Of a DNA stretch of 64,000 nucleotides, positions 38,501 through 50,353 are shown piece after piece. Below the pieces are notes generated by a model. The model had not been told where the DNA came from. It was given only the letters and a program-made list of their open reading frames with translations, and searched no databases. The position numbers were made by a program, and so were the translations under genes. This DNA comes from Ylistrum balloti (Eukaryota): positions 1,054,001 through 1,118,000 of the forward strand of contig NW_026782193.1 of the NCBI RefSeq assembly GCF_031769215.1. Reading direction: 5' to 3'. Each line of letters begins with the position of its first letter. Position 1 is the stretch's first letter.

Positions 38501-41500
38501 TTATAATGTCAATATTCAAGAGATTAAAAGGTATTTTAAATAAATTTTTTCTTAATCAAATTTCTCTTCATAACTGAATTATCTTAATGAAATCTGAATT
38601 GTTTGAATCAAAATTGATATAAACAAAACAAACCATGCCAATATAACTGGTAATGAGAAATTTGGATTGTATTTAATTCACTTTGATATTAGTACAATAT
38701 AAACTAAATCTTTGGCCGTATTACCACCAGATCTGTATCTAACTCACTCCCATGTTAGTACAATATAAACTATGTCATTGGCCGTATTACCATCAGATCT
38801 GTATCCAACTCACTCCCATGTTAGTACAATATAAACTATATCATTGGCCGTATTACCACCAGATCTTTATCTAACTCACTCCAATGTTAGTACAATATAA
38901 ACTATATCATTGGCCGTATTACCACCAGATCTGTATCTAATTCACTCCAATATTAGTACAATATAAACTATTGTTGGCTAGACAACCATCAGATCTGTAA
39001 TCACTGTTGGTCAAGTTATAACTTCTAATGAATAAACACCTCTTTGTTTTGTTCAGATTCTATCACAGAAATCAGACAGTTTGAAAAAATTCGAAATCAG
39101 ACATGAAAGAAGAAACTGGTGTTTTATCTTCAAACTAATTATGTAAGATATTGTTAATATCACATCATTATATATAACAGGACTTAACATGTGGTAACTT
39201 ATGATATTCACCAAAATTGAAACTTCTCTCAATTTCATGAGAGTTATTCACAACTCATGAAACTAAATATTACATGAAAAATTACCTGATACTACTGGCC
39301 GAAGTTTCATTATACAGTAAAATACATTGGACAGTTTGAAACAAATATTGAAAGAATCAATATATCTTACCAAGCACATACGGACACTAATAAAACATGT
39401 ATGTACACACAGATTATAAACTATTGGGACTTTCATGAAGGTATTATTTTTTCAGCCTTACACAGATCAAACCTACAAAACAGCAGTCATTACAATCTTT
39501 GTACACAAATTCCAACACCTCAAAAATGTTAGCATATCAAATAAAAAAATGAAGCAGCAGAACTACAGGAAGCTGTCTGAATTTATTCCAAAAACAAGCA
39601 ACTAGGTTTATAGCGGCGTGTTCTGCCAGAGATTTCTGTAAAACAAAGTCCTGGACTGTTTGATAGACACTTGTAAATAACACAAAATCTCAGAGATTTT
39701 AGCTGCCACCATTATTATTCTTAGTTCTATTGAATTTTTATTTCTTATCTATTAATAATCTGACGTTGACAGTGATCGGATCATAAACTATCATGTTCAA
39801 AAATCTGTTTCCCAATTTTCTAGTGTCAAATCTGAAAAACGTTGCCTCTTGGTTGTCATTTGTTCTTATGACCGACAGAAACCAACATATGAAATTTAAA
39901 CTCCCTATAGCATTTCCAGGGAAATCTGAGATGATTTCTAGTCAGTTATTGTGTTCTTCATATTAATCCTACAATGTGAAACATGCCCAAATAAGGACCA
40001 TGACATAAGACAAGAATTATACGTAATTATATGTCTCATCTGTCCACTTATTGTAATTTTTAAGCAAACTGCAAAATACACTTAAATTTGCATTTATTTC
40101 CCTCAATATTCTACATATCGAAGTTAAATTTTTAAGAGTACTTAAGCAGTATAGATACGTTATGATCATGTTTGAAATAATAAAAAATATGTAAATTCCT
40201 GCATTCTCAAAATTCACTGAAATAGGACATACTTAGCGAAAGATATTGCTCTCCCCATGGCAGAACAGGAAAATTCATTTCTCAAGTGTTTATCCCAAAA
40301 TACACACACACAGATTATGTACTCAATTTGGCTGTATTTCAGGTGTGATAGGAATAGCAGATATTTTATGAGAAATTCACATTTGGTTAAAGTTAAAATC
40401 GTTCCTTTTGAACAATGGATCTAGATATAAAACATTGAAGCAAATATTGCCCATACCATTGTCACAGCTGAAGAAGTAACACTAGACTCTTGTCCAATAT
40501 ATACATATAATTTCAAAATTAATCCATAATATAGTCTGTGAAACAGAACAAAATACAAAACAGTCTTTCATCTATCTATAATTTTGTTTTTTTGGTTTGT
40601 CTCAATATCATACTTTCTGAAAAACAGTAGCCTTATAAGTGTTAAGATAAAAGATTGGTTGTATGTAAGATATTTGATATTCATGATTGAATTCAAATTG
40701 GACATAAGATGGAACCAAGAGAAGGTGTCCAAAAAGATCTATCTTGTGCTTTAGAGAATAAGTGATTATGAGAAATGTTTCAAGGTGTGAGAAAATCAGA
40801 TGGATAATCAGATGGATAAACAGTGACTTGACAATCAAACCATATGACAGTCGACTAAAAAACTGAATCCTACAAAAATCTCTGTGATTTGGATAATAAC
40901 ACCAGGTTACAGTAAAGCTGGTAAAACAGTTGTGAAGTAGACCTGAAATACATGTGGTATACAAGTTTATATTGTAAAGATGATTTAATGATTACATGGA
41001 GGTATCAAGCAAGTCTTCTGGTCAAGTAGGATACATCATAATGCATAATACAAGAAACACGGTCAATGTTTAATTAGAGATTATGTATAAATCATATATG
41101 CATAACAAATCAGGATTTTATTATTCATAATATTGCTGTATAATGAAATCGAGTTAATCTTATTCTGAAATAAAATTGCCATCAAGCTATGAATATCAAC
41201 GTCTGCTTATCACTAGCTGTGGTGTCTCTGCATTACTCGTGAATTCACCTCTAAACATCCTAAACATCTGTTTATCTTAGTACTGGAAATTGGAAAGGAA
41301 ATGCTATTATCTACATAACTGAAAGGAATTTGAGGTGAATAGAAAAAAATCACAATCTCTTAGTTATCCTACAATACTGAAAGTTGAATCATTTGATTAA
41401 TTTTCAACAAAGGAAAAGGAAATAGCATATATCATATGTCAAAAACCTATAAAAGCCAATTCAAACTTGCATTTGTATCAAGAAGTGTACAACACATTAT

Positions 41501-44500
41501 ATTTACAATTTACTATTTTGTATTTAAAATTATATAACATATTAATCCTGCTCTCTGATGGCACTCCTTCAGAGGATTCAAAATATGCAAGTGTAAATTG
41601 GCAAGAAATTGATGCAAGAAAATCTCTGAAACAAAACTTAAGATTAATCACAGAATGCAGAGATCAATATAGAGAACAAAAACTTCCCACACTATATCAA
41701 ACTTACCGTTTGAATGAGATTTTCCGCCAACTGCTTGGCTTGCTGTAGACCAACAACATTTTGGTGCCTGTAGTAAAAATACAAAATCATAATAAATCAT
41801 TAAAACCAGTAAATTGAACTTCTTCATACTAGTCAAGAACGATAATTCTGTACCATCTAAACCCACTATATGTATAATGGCATCAATCATTTCCTATCAT
41901 TATCACATATCTGTCTCTTGAGGTCAGTGTGATTGTTCAGTAAGAACATTACCTATCACCAGATTTTGTTGATACTTTATCTTACATTTGGTACTATAAG
42001 TGTATGTATACTTTATCATACACTTTTTCACTCCTTCAGTATAAAGCAACATTTTATATCATAACAGGTGGCTAATGTATCACATAGAAGACGTCCATGT
42101 GACCAATATCTTTATAGTTCTAACAATTGAGAAGGACATTTTTTCCATTAACTGGCTTTTTATTTTTATAAGCAACTTTAACTCAAATTTTGCACATGTT
42201 CACTGATTCATTAGTAAGTATAACACAACTGTAAAATATTCTTAAGCAAGATACTGACTGGATATGAATCTGCATTGGTTCAAAGGCTTCGCGGCCAGAT
42301 AGAGGTTCTATGAATCCAGATCCTTTGCCCCGCAATGTCACTCGTGCTCCTGTCTCTGCTTGTATGTGTTGAAGATAGGATCCCTACAAAATACAGGAAA
42401 ACTACCTGCCATTCCAATTTTCAAAAATAATCTTACTTATCTATTCCTTTCCCATCATAAAATGGATTTAGAAAGAAATCAATCCAAACGAGAAATACTT
42501 TTTTCTAATGGTACTTACTCCTGGTCCCATAGTTTTGCCCTTAACATCAAAAGTTGGTGGTGCATGTTCTAGTCCAATAAACAATTTTTCTTGAAGAAAC
42601 ATCATCTGAAATAATAAAATTTCAAGTTAGAAAAATGTGAAACTCAATTATCTTTATTGCTGCAAGTAATTATCATGCAATTTAAGCTGTGTAGATCGCT
42701 ATTCTAACTGCTCTCACTAACTTTGTAAAGCTACCTCAGTCACTAAATGAAAAAGCCTGATTCAATGTTCTTAGATAATGTGAGAATCGTTTTCAAACAT
42801 GAAGAGTGATGCAAGCTCATTAAGATGGTTTTCTTCTATTAACGCTGTTGAACAGGCAACACATTTCCTGCACTTAATATTTAATTATCACATACTTATC
42901 ACGATAAGAGGTAGCTACACAATGTATTTATGGCATTGTGGACAGCACTATATTGTAAAATAACAATCTCTTGTCAACAATACAGGTCCAACATTCTGTA
43001 CAATATACTTCCTCTTATATCTATACTGACCCCTGCTGGTAAACTAGGAATTGACATCAAAGGTGGTGGCTGGTTAAAAGCCGGACGCTGCATGGGAGGT
43101 GGCGGTCGTATCGCTGGAGAAAAACGTGTCCCTTTTGTCTTCATCCCATTGGTGATTATTTCATTGATTCTACCAACAGCCACTGGAGAAAATGCAATGA
43201 AGATTCCATTTTTTTTTCTTTTTAAAGTTTTCATCATAATAAGATTGAGAATATTATTCAATATGAATACTTTTGTTTGCTTGCAAAGCAAATATATTTA
43301 CTAACCAAAGGACTTTAGTATCTAAAATCACACAACCAACAGATGGAAAAAAGCAAGGAAACAAGGATTCACCCAATACTGTAACTAGATTATAGGAAGG
43401 ACAGAGCTCTCTACTCTAGTCAGTGGTTGTGAGAAACAAGTCATAACTGTAACTAGGATGGATGGTTAGTCTATGAGTGGTATCTGAACAAGGCAGGTAG
43501 CTATACTTACTGTCTACAGACTCTTGGACAGGACCCTGGACACAGAGATACAATGGACGGTCCCTGAAATTGATGCATAAATTATTACGTCATAAAACCA
43601 ACATAATCAAGTTTGATTTCTATATGCTTTGTGATTTATGACTTTGGCCTGATGGGATTTATTTTCACTACCAAATACTTTAAGCTTTCATCTTGCCAAT
43701 ATAAAATGATCACATTCTGAAATAATTCCTTTTAAAGCTAGAAACTTTTGTCAGAAAAACATTTACACTAATGAAATTTTTGAGACTTCATCTTAATAGC
43801 TTTTCCATGACAGTCTCATTTCTAACTCTGTCCTCAGGATTGAAATATCTACCTCTTGCACAATATGTATATATACAGACATGTTAAATTCCAAATTCTT
43901 ACCCCATGTTTCTAGCTCTGTCCTCGGGACTAAGATATCTTCCTCTGGTGGACACTGCTGCGCCACTAAATTTTGAAATCTAGGGGAAACAATAATTGGC
44001 ACAACTAATTAAAACAAAACAGTGCTTTATTTCACAACAAGAACCCAAAGCTAAAATTGTGCTTTATACATCCTGGGGGCAGAAACTATAAAACATTGAT
44101 ACAAGTACTCTAAACATGTAATGCCTATTTCTTCATTCCTTCAAATAACCAATCTGAGGCATATAAATTTGCAGTCCAATTCATCAGGTCCCTCTGGGTT
44201 TGCTATTGTAATGCGGTGCCTTAGGTAAACTAAGCACTGGGCATTCATTAATCTGAGACCACTGGTCAGATATGCTTCATTCAAGTTACTTATTTGCAGT
44301 CTAAACTGTAGATAGCATTCTAACCATTTCTTATGGAAAGTTAGTCCTTGATATATGTATAATTTCAAACAAATAATTACCAGGTAACATTCACCACTTC
44401 ATCAAAATGAAATAATAATTGCATACCTGTAGCCTATTTATCAAAATGAAGTCATTCATTTTTATTTGAATACTTCATATTTTTTAAAGTTGGACTTTTT

Positions 44501-47500
44501 AATTCATTAAAACAAAATCACTAGTTACAAAATTAAGATTTCCAAATGGAATATGTATATGTATATGACATAAATTGCTTGAAGATGGATATAAGACTGG
44601 AAAATATTAACTGATTTCCTTGGTCTTCAATTGATTTGACTTTATTTACAAACCAACAGTAAAATTAATTAATAAAATTTAAATTGTAAAATTTTTGACC
44701 AAAAGATTCTGATATTTTGACTCCCTGGATTTTGATTTGCCTCTCAGAATTCAGAGCTGGGAGTTAATAACTTTTGAGATTTTTATCCAACTGAATGCCT
44801 TGTAAGCAGATTTAATTGTATAGAGTTACCTCCTCCTGTGTTGATCCTCGAGTGAGCATGTTTCTACAGCCAATAGGCACATCATTGATTTCCACCTCTG
44901 CCACCACAAGGTTGTTAATAGCGCCGACCTAAAACACAAGATAAACACTTGAATATATTATCCATTGTATGACTATTTTCTTTATACTATGTTAATCATT
45001 TTTCCAGCTTCATAATACGTCAACTTCCATTTGCCCTTTCAAATTGGCATTTTTTATCTAACAGCAGATTGACTATTTGTAGTACCTACAAAAAAAGTAA
45101 TTGTCAAACATGCTAAATCTTCTTGTTTTTGAAGGAGATTCCACAATTTTTTCCTGCTTTTACATATTATAGAGACAACTTCTCCATTCAAAAATACAAA
45201 ATCTTAAAGAGTCTACAAGAAACCATTAAAATTCTCTCCAAGTCCAATGAACACGCAAAATCTACCTTCTTGAAATGCCAAAGAGTCAAACACTTTTCTG
45301 TCATCACTTTATTTAGACAACAATGAACATGTTTTAAACAGCAGAATTTAAAGAGGCAACAAATCATTATTTTTGGAATCTGGCAATAATGATGCGGCTT
45401 GAGGCCAGAAAACTACTACCAAAACCTGCATAATATGTAATGTCAGCACAGGTACTTTTTGGGGTTAAAAATGTTGAAAATATACTTCTACTTACATAAT
45501 TTGTGCATCCAAAAATTTGATCATAAACTATCTCTGAGAGCAAAGAAAACTGATTTTTAATCCAAAACATGAAAGCATTCTTTTCAAAATTTGTTTTCAT
45601 CTCAATTATTGGCTTTGCATTACATTCTCTTTAATTACAGAAACAATATAATTGAAGAAGAAAACTAGAAAATGTCTATAAGACATAAATGCTCTACCAC
45701 CAAGGCCTTGACCCTTGACCCCTGAAACACAACAACTTCCAAAGTATCCTCATATTTCATATTTTATCTTATTCCATAAAAGAATAAAGTTGCAAAATGT
45801 TTGAATTGAACCAGTTGATGATTTTCTTTATACAGCAAACAGTGACTTTGGCCTTGAGCCCCTTCATCACAATTATGTCCAAAGTATACTTTTAGTTAAC
45901 CCTTATATAAAATTTTACCAAAATCTTTCTCACCAAAAAAGAATAACGTTGCTGTTATTTGAATTGTGACTGCACGGACAAGGGCAAAGCTATATCTCTC
46001 CTTCCATCCGTTTTATGGCAGAGGCATCTTTGACTTCAGAAAAGCTATTTACCTCCAACTAACCCCGATCTATTTATCTTGTGTAAACAATCAATTGTCT
46101 TCACATAAGGCCTTCAAATCAAGGTCCCAACTCTGTATTGTACGTGATCAATATAGCAAACACAGAATGTTGACAATGATTATGTATTCAGTAATTATTT
46201 TATTTTCTTATCTTTGCTTATAAATATGTTGAATCCTACTTGTGACAATTTAATCCCGAAAATCAACCATAGCGGCCTCTTAGAACCTTTGATCTTCACA
46301 AAAAAAAAAACTTGAAAAATCTTAAAGCTACTTGATGTGCACATCCTCCTGCTTTGGACCTTTGTCAAGTTTTTAATAGTTTACTATCTTACCTTCATTT
46401 GTTTGTTGCTGTGCTGTTGAGATAATTGTGAAGGTTTGAGTTTGCCTTTAGCAATTAACATAGTATTAACTTTGGCTGCAGCTTCCCTAGCTGCGTCTAG
46501 ACTACTTTTGTTGTCGTCACTCCACCTGCTGACTCTGTTCAACCTAAAACAAGCAACAATAATCACTTATAAAAAATAATCCAAAGCTATGTGACTATAA
46601 AGACAACTGTTAGTCAATAGTCAATATGAATTCTGAATCAATTTTGTGAAAGATTTTCTATACACAGTGGACCAGCAATAAATCTGGATGTAGATAGTCT
46701 GGAAAACTCGCAATTCAGATGGAAATTTTTGAGAATGAATTTCCCTAATATACATTAAACTCACCAGTCTGGAAATTCTTATTCTGGTTCCAGAAATACT
46801 TTTAGGGGATGCATATAGTAATATTCCTGCAATAGTTCAGATATTTTTATTACCACCTTCAAAAATTGTGTTCAAATTTGTTCATCCATGCCCGAGGTGT
46901 ACATCATACCACTGGATACTGTGTGTGATCATAGTGACCACTCCCAGATCATCGACAGAGGTATTCACTTGTGGATTTGGTGCGAGGGTTAATAGTGCTT
47001 CTATACAGGCCAAAGGAAACTAAAATATCACTGGACTTGTTTTCAAACATTTGGCAATCAATCCTGAATTCTCCAAAATATTTATCAACATGGTAAATGG
47101 CAAGTTTTATACAGTGAGAAACGTAGGTATTTGGCATGATTTCAAACATTTGTAGAAAACAGGATATAACTTTATTTAAATGCAAATTGGTCAGGAGTTA
47201 AAATAAACAAAACATGTAACAAACACTTGATATAAATTATCAAAATACCAATTTCATTACACTTGACTATGGGTCAGTTGTCTCTATGTACTATGTACTG
47301 CATATTTAAAGTAGAAAAACACTGCACTGACAACTGCATTATCAACTGATGCATATGGAAGTGAATTGAGAGAAAAACTAGGTACCTATCCGGGGTATTT
47401 ATTTCTAGTTTTCAGATTACAGTATCTTTTTTAGTTCTCAAATCAAGGAGTCTCCCATGTGTATTCAAGTATAAATATGCTAATTTATCATCACACTGTC

Positions 47501-49912
47501 AACTTAACAGACTCAGTTAATTATCAACAGTTTCAGATGGCAACGAATTGTCTTATTCATCTGTGAGTTAGCCCAAATAGTGTCAAATTAAACAACATGT
47601 AAATAGACTGTATTCAGTGCATATACAATCCACAAAGTATAAGTCATTTAGTATTTTTTATAAAGATTCTGAGCAGACATTTGATGAATCGTTAATGCTA
47701 TTGGACTTGAATAACACACCTTTCACTTTGGAAATTTAAATTCATATGCAATTATTTATGAAAATGAAACTTACTTAGACTATGAAAGACATTTATAAAT
47801 TCCTGTATTCATAGTAAATACCATAAAGATATTCTAAAAAAACCTTACAGCTTATTAATGACTGTGATCAAGAAAGATAACTCTGTTTATATTGGCCAGT
47901 TGACTCACTCGCCAGTTTGGAAAACTTGTAATCCTGACAATTTTGGATGAGAATGAAGGTGTCAGGGTTATCAAGGGTCCACAGTATTGTATATTGTAAC
48001 TCCATAAATAATTTTTTTTTTTTTTTTTTTAAATAAGTTAAGTTTCATAGAATACACAATCTTGTATGAATATCATAGTGAAAAATAAGATGCAAAAAAG
48101 ATTCATATACACCTACTAGTATACATATGAATTTGTTTAAGATTACCATATATGCAAACATCATTAAAAATTACTTTGAAAAAACGGATACTTGATTCCA
48201 ATCAGAGCTGAACGGTCACATCTTATAATGTCTAATAACTGTCATCACAGTAATTTCAGTCAAGTATACCATTTCAAATAGCAGTTCCAGATCTTATACA
48301 TTGATGGGTAAAGTCAATTGTTGGCAACCATTGACTAATGTACATGTATCTAATATGATATAACAGCCCTTTTCTAATTAAAAAGAAAATCCAAAGGCTG
48401 GGGAACTATTTTTGTGCAATAACCATAATCAACCATATCAATGAAAAGACAACATGACTCTAAAATACAAATAATGGCCAATATTAAGTATTGGATCTGT
48501 CATTTTACCAAATCAGACCATTCGTGTCAATATGTGAATTTAAGAAAAAAAAAACGACAAAAAAACCCAAAAAATTCTTTACACAGAATTAACTTTCAGT
48601 TGGGGACAGTGGAGGAGGTATTTAAAAAAAAAATGTCATTTTAGGTTCCTTGATGATATAAAGCCACTACACATTGAATACTTATCAGGTACTGGCTATG
48701 TAGACAGATTTAGCTTAATAATCCACTCTGACAACACCTATATAAAGCAAATATAAATAAACAAGAGAGGCAAAAACACATTTCTCGTGCAGATCGAAAA
48801 AACTGATAACTGATTAAGCAAGTCAATGACATGAATATTTTTGGCACATTTGCTAAATTTCAGCGAATTTTATTGGAATTTTACCAACACGATTTTTCAG
48901 TATTCATATATCAGGGCTCTCACACCCCATTTTGGGACTGGGGCCCGGGGCCCTTTGAATTGGGGAAAATAATGGTGTTTTCCTTAGAATTGGGAAAACT
49001 TGGGGTCTAAATTGGGAAAAAAAGATACTATTTTGCATTGGGAATTCAGCCCCAAATCTGACAGATCGAGAGCCCTGTATATATACTCCATATTTAAAGG
49101 CAAACTATACAGCAGGTCAATTAAATAAGATAAGAATCTTTCAGCAGTTTTCATGCAAGGAATGCGAACTGTGCAGTGGATGCGACAAGCTACATGGTAT
49201 TTTGATAATGGAATAGGAAAATTTCTTGCCTTACCGTTGAAACATCGAGATAAAGGGTGCAAGTACCAAACTTTGCACTGACAATATTTAATCAACAGTT
49301 ATGTCTTATTTGCCCTTATTTGTCGTACAGATGTTTAGTTATATTTTACTATACAGTAAAGCCAAATTTGACTATACAGCAAGATTTGCCGGTGTTCCGG
49401 TACCTGTATGTACTGGACATATATCTAAACAAGCCACTGTGCTCAAGCAGTACTGTGCAGTAGGCATTTAATTTGTAACGAACCCCATTGCAGTAGTACC
49501 AAGCTGAACAAGCTATAATTAGGAGGATTATGGGACGTTAATTAATTAATTTGGGAGTTTGCCGTCTTTGAATATGATATTAGGAGACTGCTCCCTTTTA
49601 AGGAGAGACAATAATAGCACATATAACTTTAAACTGACATGTTATGTGACCAAAAACCATCAGCTCCGTCGTTGTGTGGAAAGCAATAAGGGCAAGGTTA
49701 TTGCAGCGTAAATCCAAAACAAAGTCATGTGCGATCACGAGGAAAACTTGTCCATGCTAGAATGCGGCATTTTGCTCCAAAGCTGGTTGCTTCTGTTCAC
49801 AAATTATGCAAGACAATCTCCAATTAAACGATTTCATAGTAAAATTCACAGAATATATGTCAACGAAATTAAATGAACAACAATGATCAGCGTACCCCTC
49901 GGTGGTAGCCAT
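26519..49912 (-). CDS. KHDC4: KH domain-containing protein 4 (BLOM7/KIAA0907), pre-mRNA splicing factor; 18 coding exons, about 940 aa
   Basis: Manual exon chain (all GT-AG, phases consistent, 2823 nt): 49896-49912, 46393-46543, 44830-44928, 43903-43979, 43511-43563, 43031-43182, 42519-42605, 42259-42383, 41707-41767, 36182-36281, 32965-33045, 32322-32435, 31328-31569, 30949-31116, 30302-30492, 29434-29561, 27711-27794, 26519-27411. Motifs match recalled human KHDC4: [104 protein letters not shown], terminal FWM. The 17-nt exon 1 and the low-complexity exons 11-13 are less certain. Confidence 0.93.
28257..29346 (-). mobile_element. Helentron-associated (HINE/DINE-1-like) non-autonomous element with five ~156-bp tandem units, in KHDC4 intron 16
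   Basis: Minus-strand head TTTTAGATGGTGGG...CGTCCG/GTCC microsatellite; units starting CCAAGATGG at 28525, 28683, 28837, 28993 and 29149; tail TGGTGGGCGCC followed by the hairpin AGATCCC-TCT-GGGATCT and TCTTGT. The architecture matches HINEs described in bivalves. Confidence 0.75.
34233..35039. repeat. GATA-rich minisatellite of mixed 23-bp and 29-bp units (ATTATCTATCTCTATCTCCTAGC / ATTATCTATCTCCTATCTTATCTCCTAGC) in KHDC4 intron 10
   Basis: Directly visible. Confidence 0.95.
37981..38196. repeat. 54-bp unit x4 perfect tandem repeat with an internal 9-bp inverted repeat (TCCAGGGGT...ACCCCTGGA)
   Basis: Directly visible; it explains ORFs 37903..38208, 37950..38261 and 37963..38211. Confidence 0.95.
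38689..39000. repeat. 66-bp tandem repeat, about 4.7 copies (TTAGTACAATATAAACTAT...CCAGATCTGTATCTAACTCACTCCCATG)
   Basis: Unit starts at ~38689, 38755, 38821, 38887 and 38953. Confidence 0.9.
45690..46030. mobile_element. Degenerate non-autonomous repeat of the bivalve TGACCTT/GGACAAGG type in KHDC4 intron 2
   Basis: CCTTGACCCTTGACCCC, GACTTTGGCCTTGAGCCCC and terminal GCACGGACAAGGGCAAAGCTATATC motifs; family assignment is from memory only. Confidence 0.35.
48912..49077. mobile_element. 166-bp MITE with 10-bp TIRs (CAGGGCTCTC...GAGAGCCCTG) in an (AT)n context, KHDC4 intron 1
   Basis: Perfect terminal inverted repeat; a related left end (CAGGGCTCTC...AAATTGGGAAA) occurs at 15209. TSD is ambiguous. 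Confidence 0.65.
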
Positions 49913-49985
49913 CTTGTCATATTGAAGCATGTGTGACGTCAGTGTTCTGAAAGACTATAGCCTATTTCACTTTCCGCCCAAAAAA
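49905..49985 (-). promoter_or_regulatory. KHDC4 promoter: YY1-like CAAGATGGC overlapping the ATG, perfect CRE TGACGTCA (49934-49941), TTTCCGCCC E2F-like site
   Basis: Motifs are visible directly upstream of exon 1. Confidence 0.5.
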
Positions 49986-50353
49986 GCAATATAGTCCATT
50001 TCAAAATAATTGCTGCGTGTGTAAAGACAACGTCGAATGACATTTTATATTGAATGAAATCGTGAAAGTGATCGAATTTCTGACTGGCAATATATATTTT
50101 TGAATCTTTCGCTTTAAGATTTTTATGAATAAAACACTAGGCGCAGAGGCGACTTATGTTTGTTTACCGAGTCGTGAAGTCATAATACGTCTCTGGATTT
50201 ATTGACGTAGTATGCCAGTGTTCTTGATCGATTTTAAACAACAAGAAATTAGTTGAATATATTCATCGTATACACTTATCAGAATTGAAAATCAAGGACA
50301 CGACCAGACTCGTCTACATATGCCACTTTTCTGATGACGAACCAACATGGATG

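Noticed and set aside
46762-47002. Possible cassette exon in KHDC4 intron 1 with a strong GTGAGT donor
   Set aside because: Stops in all frames and a mediocre acceptor; cannot be distinguished from chance without RNA data.
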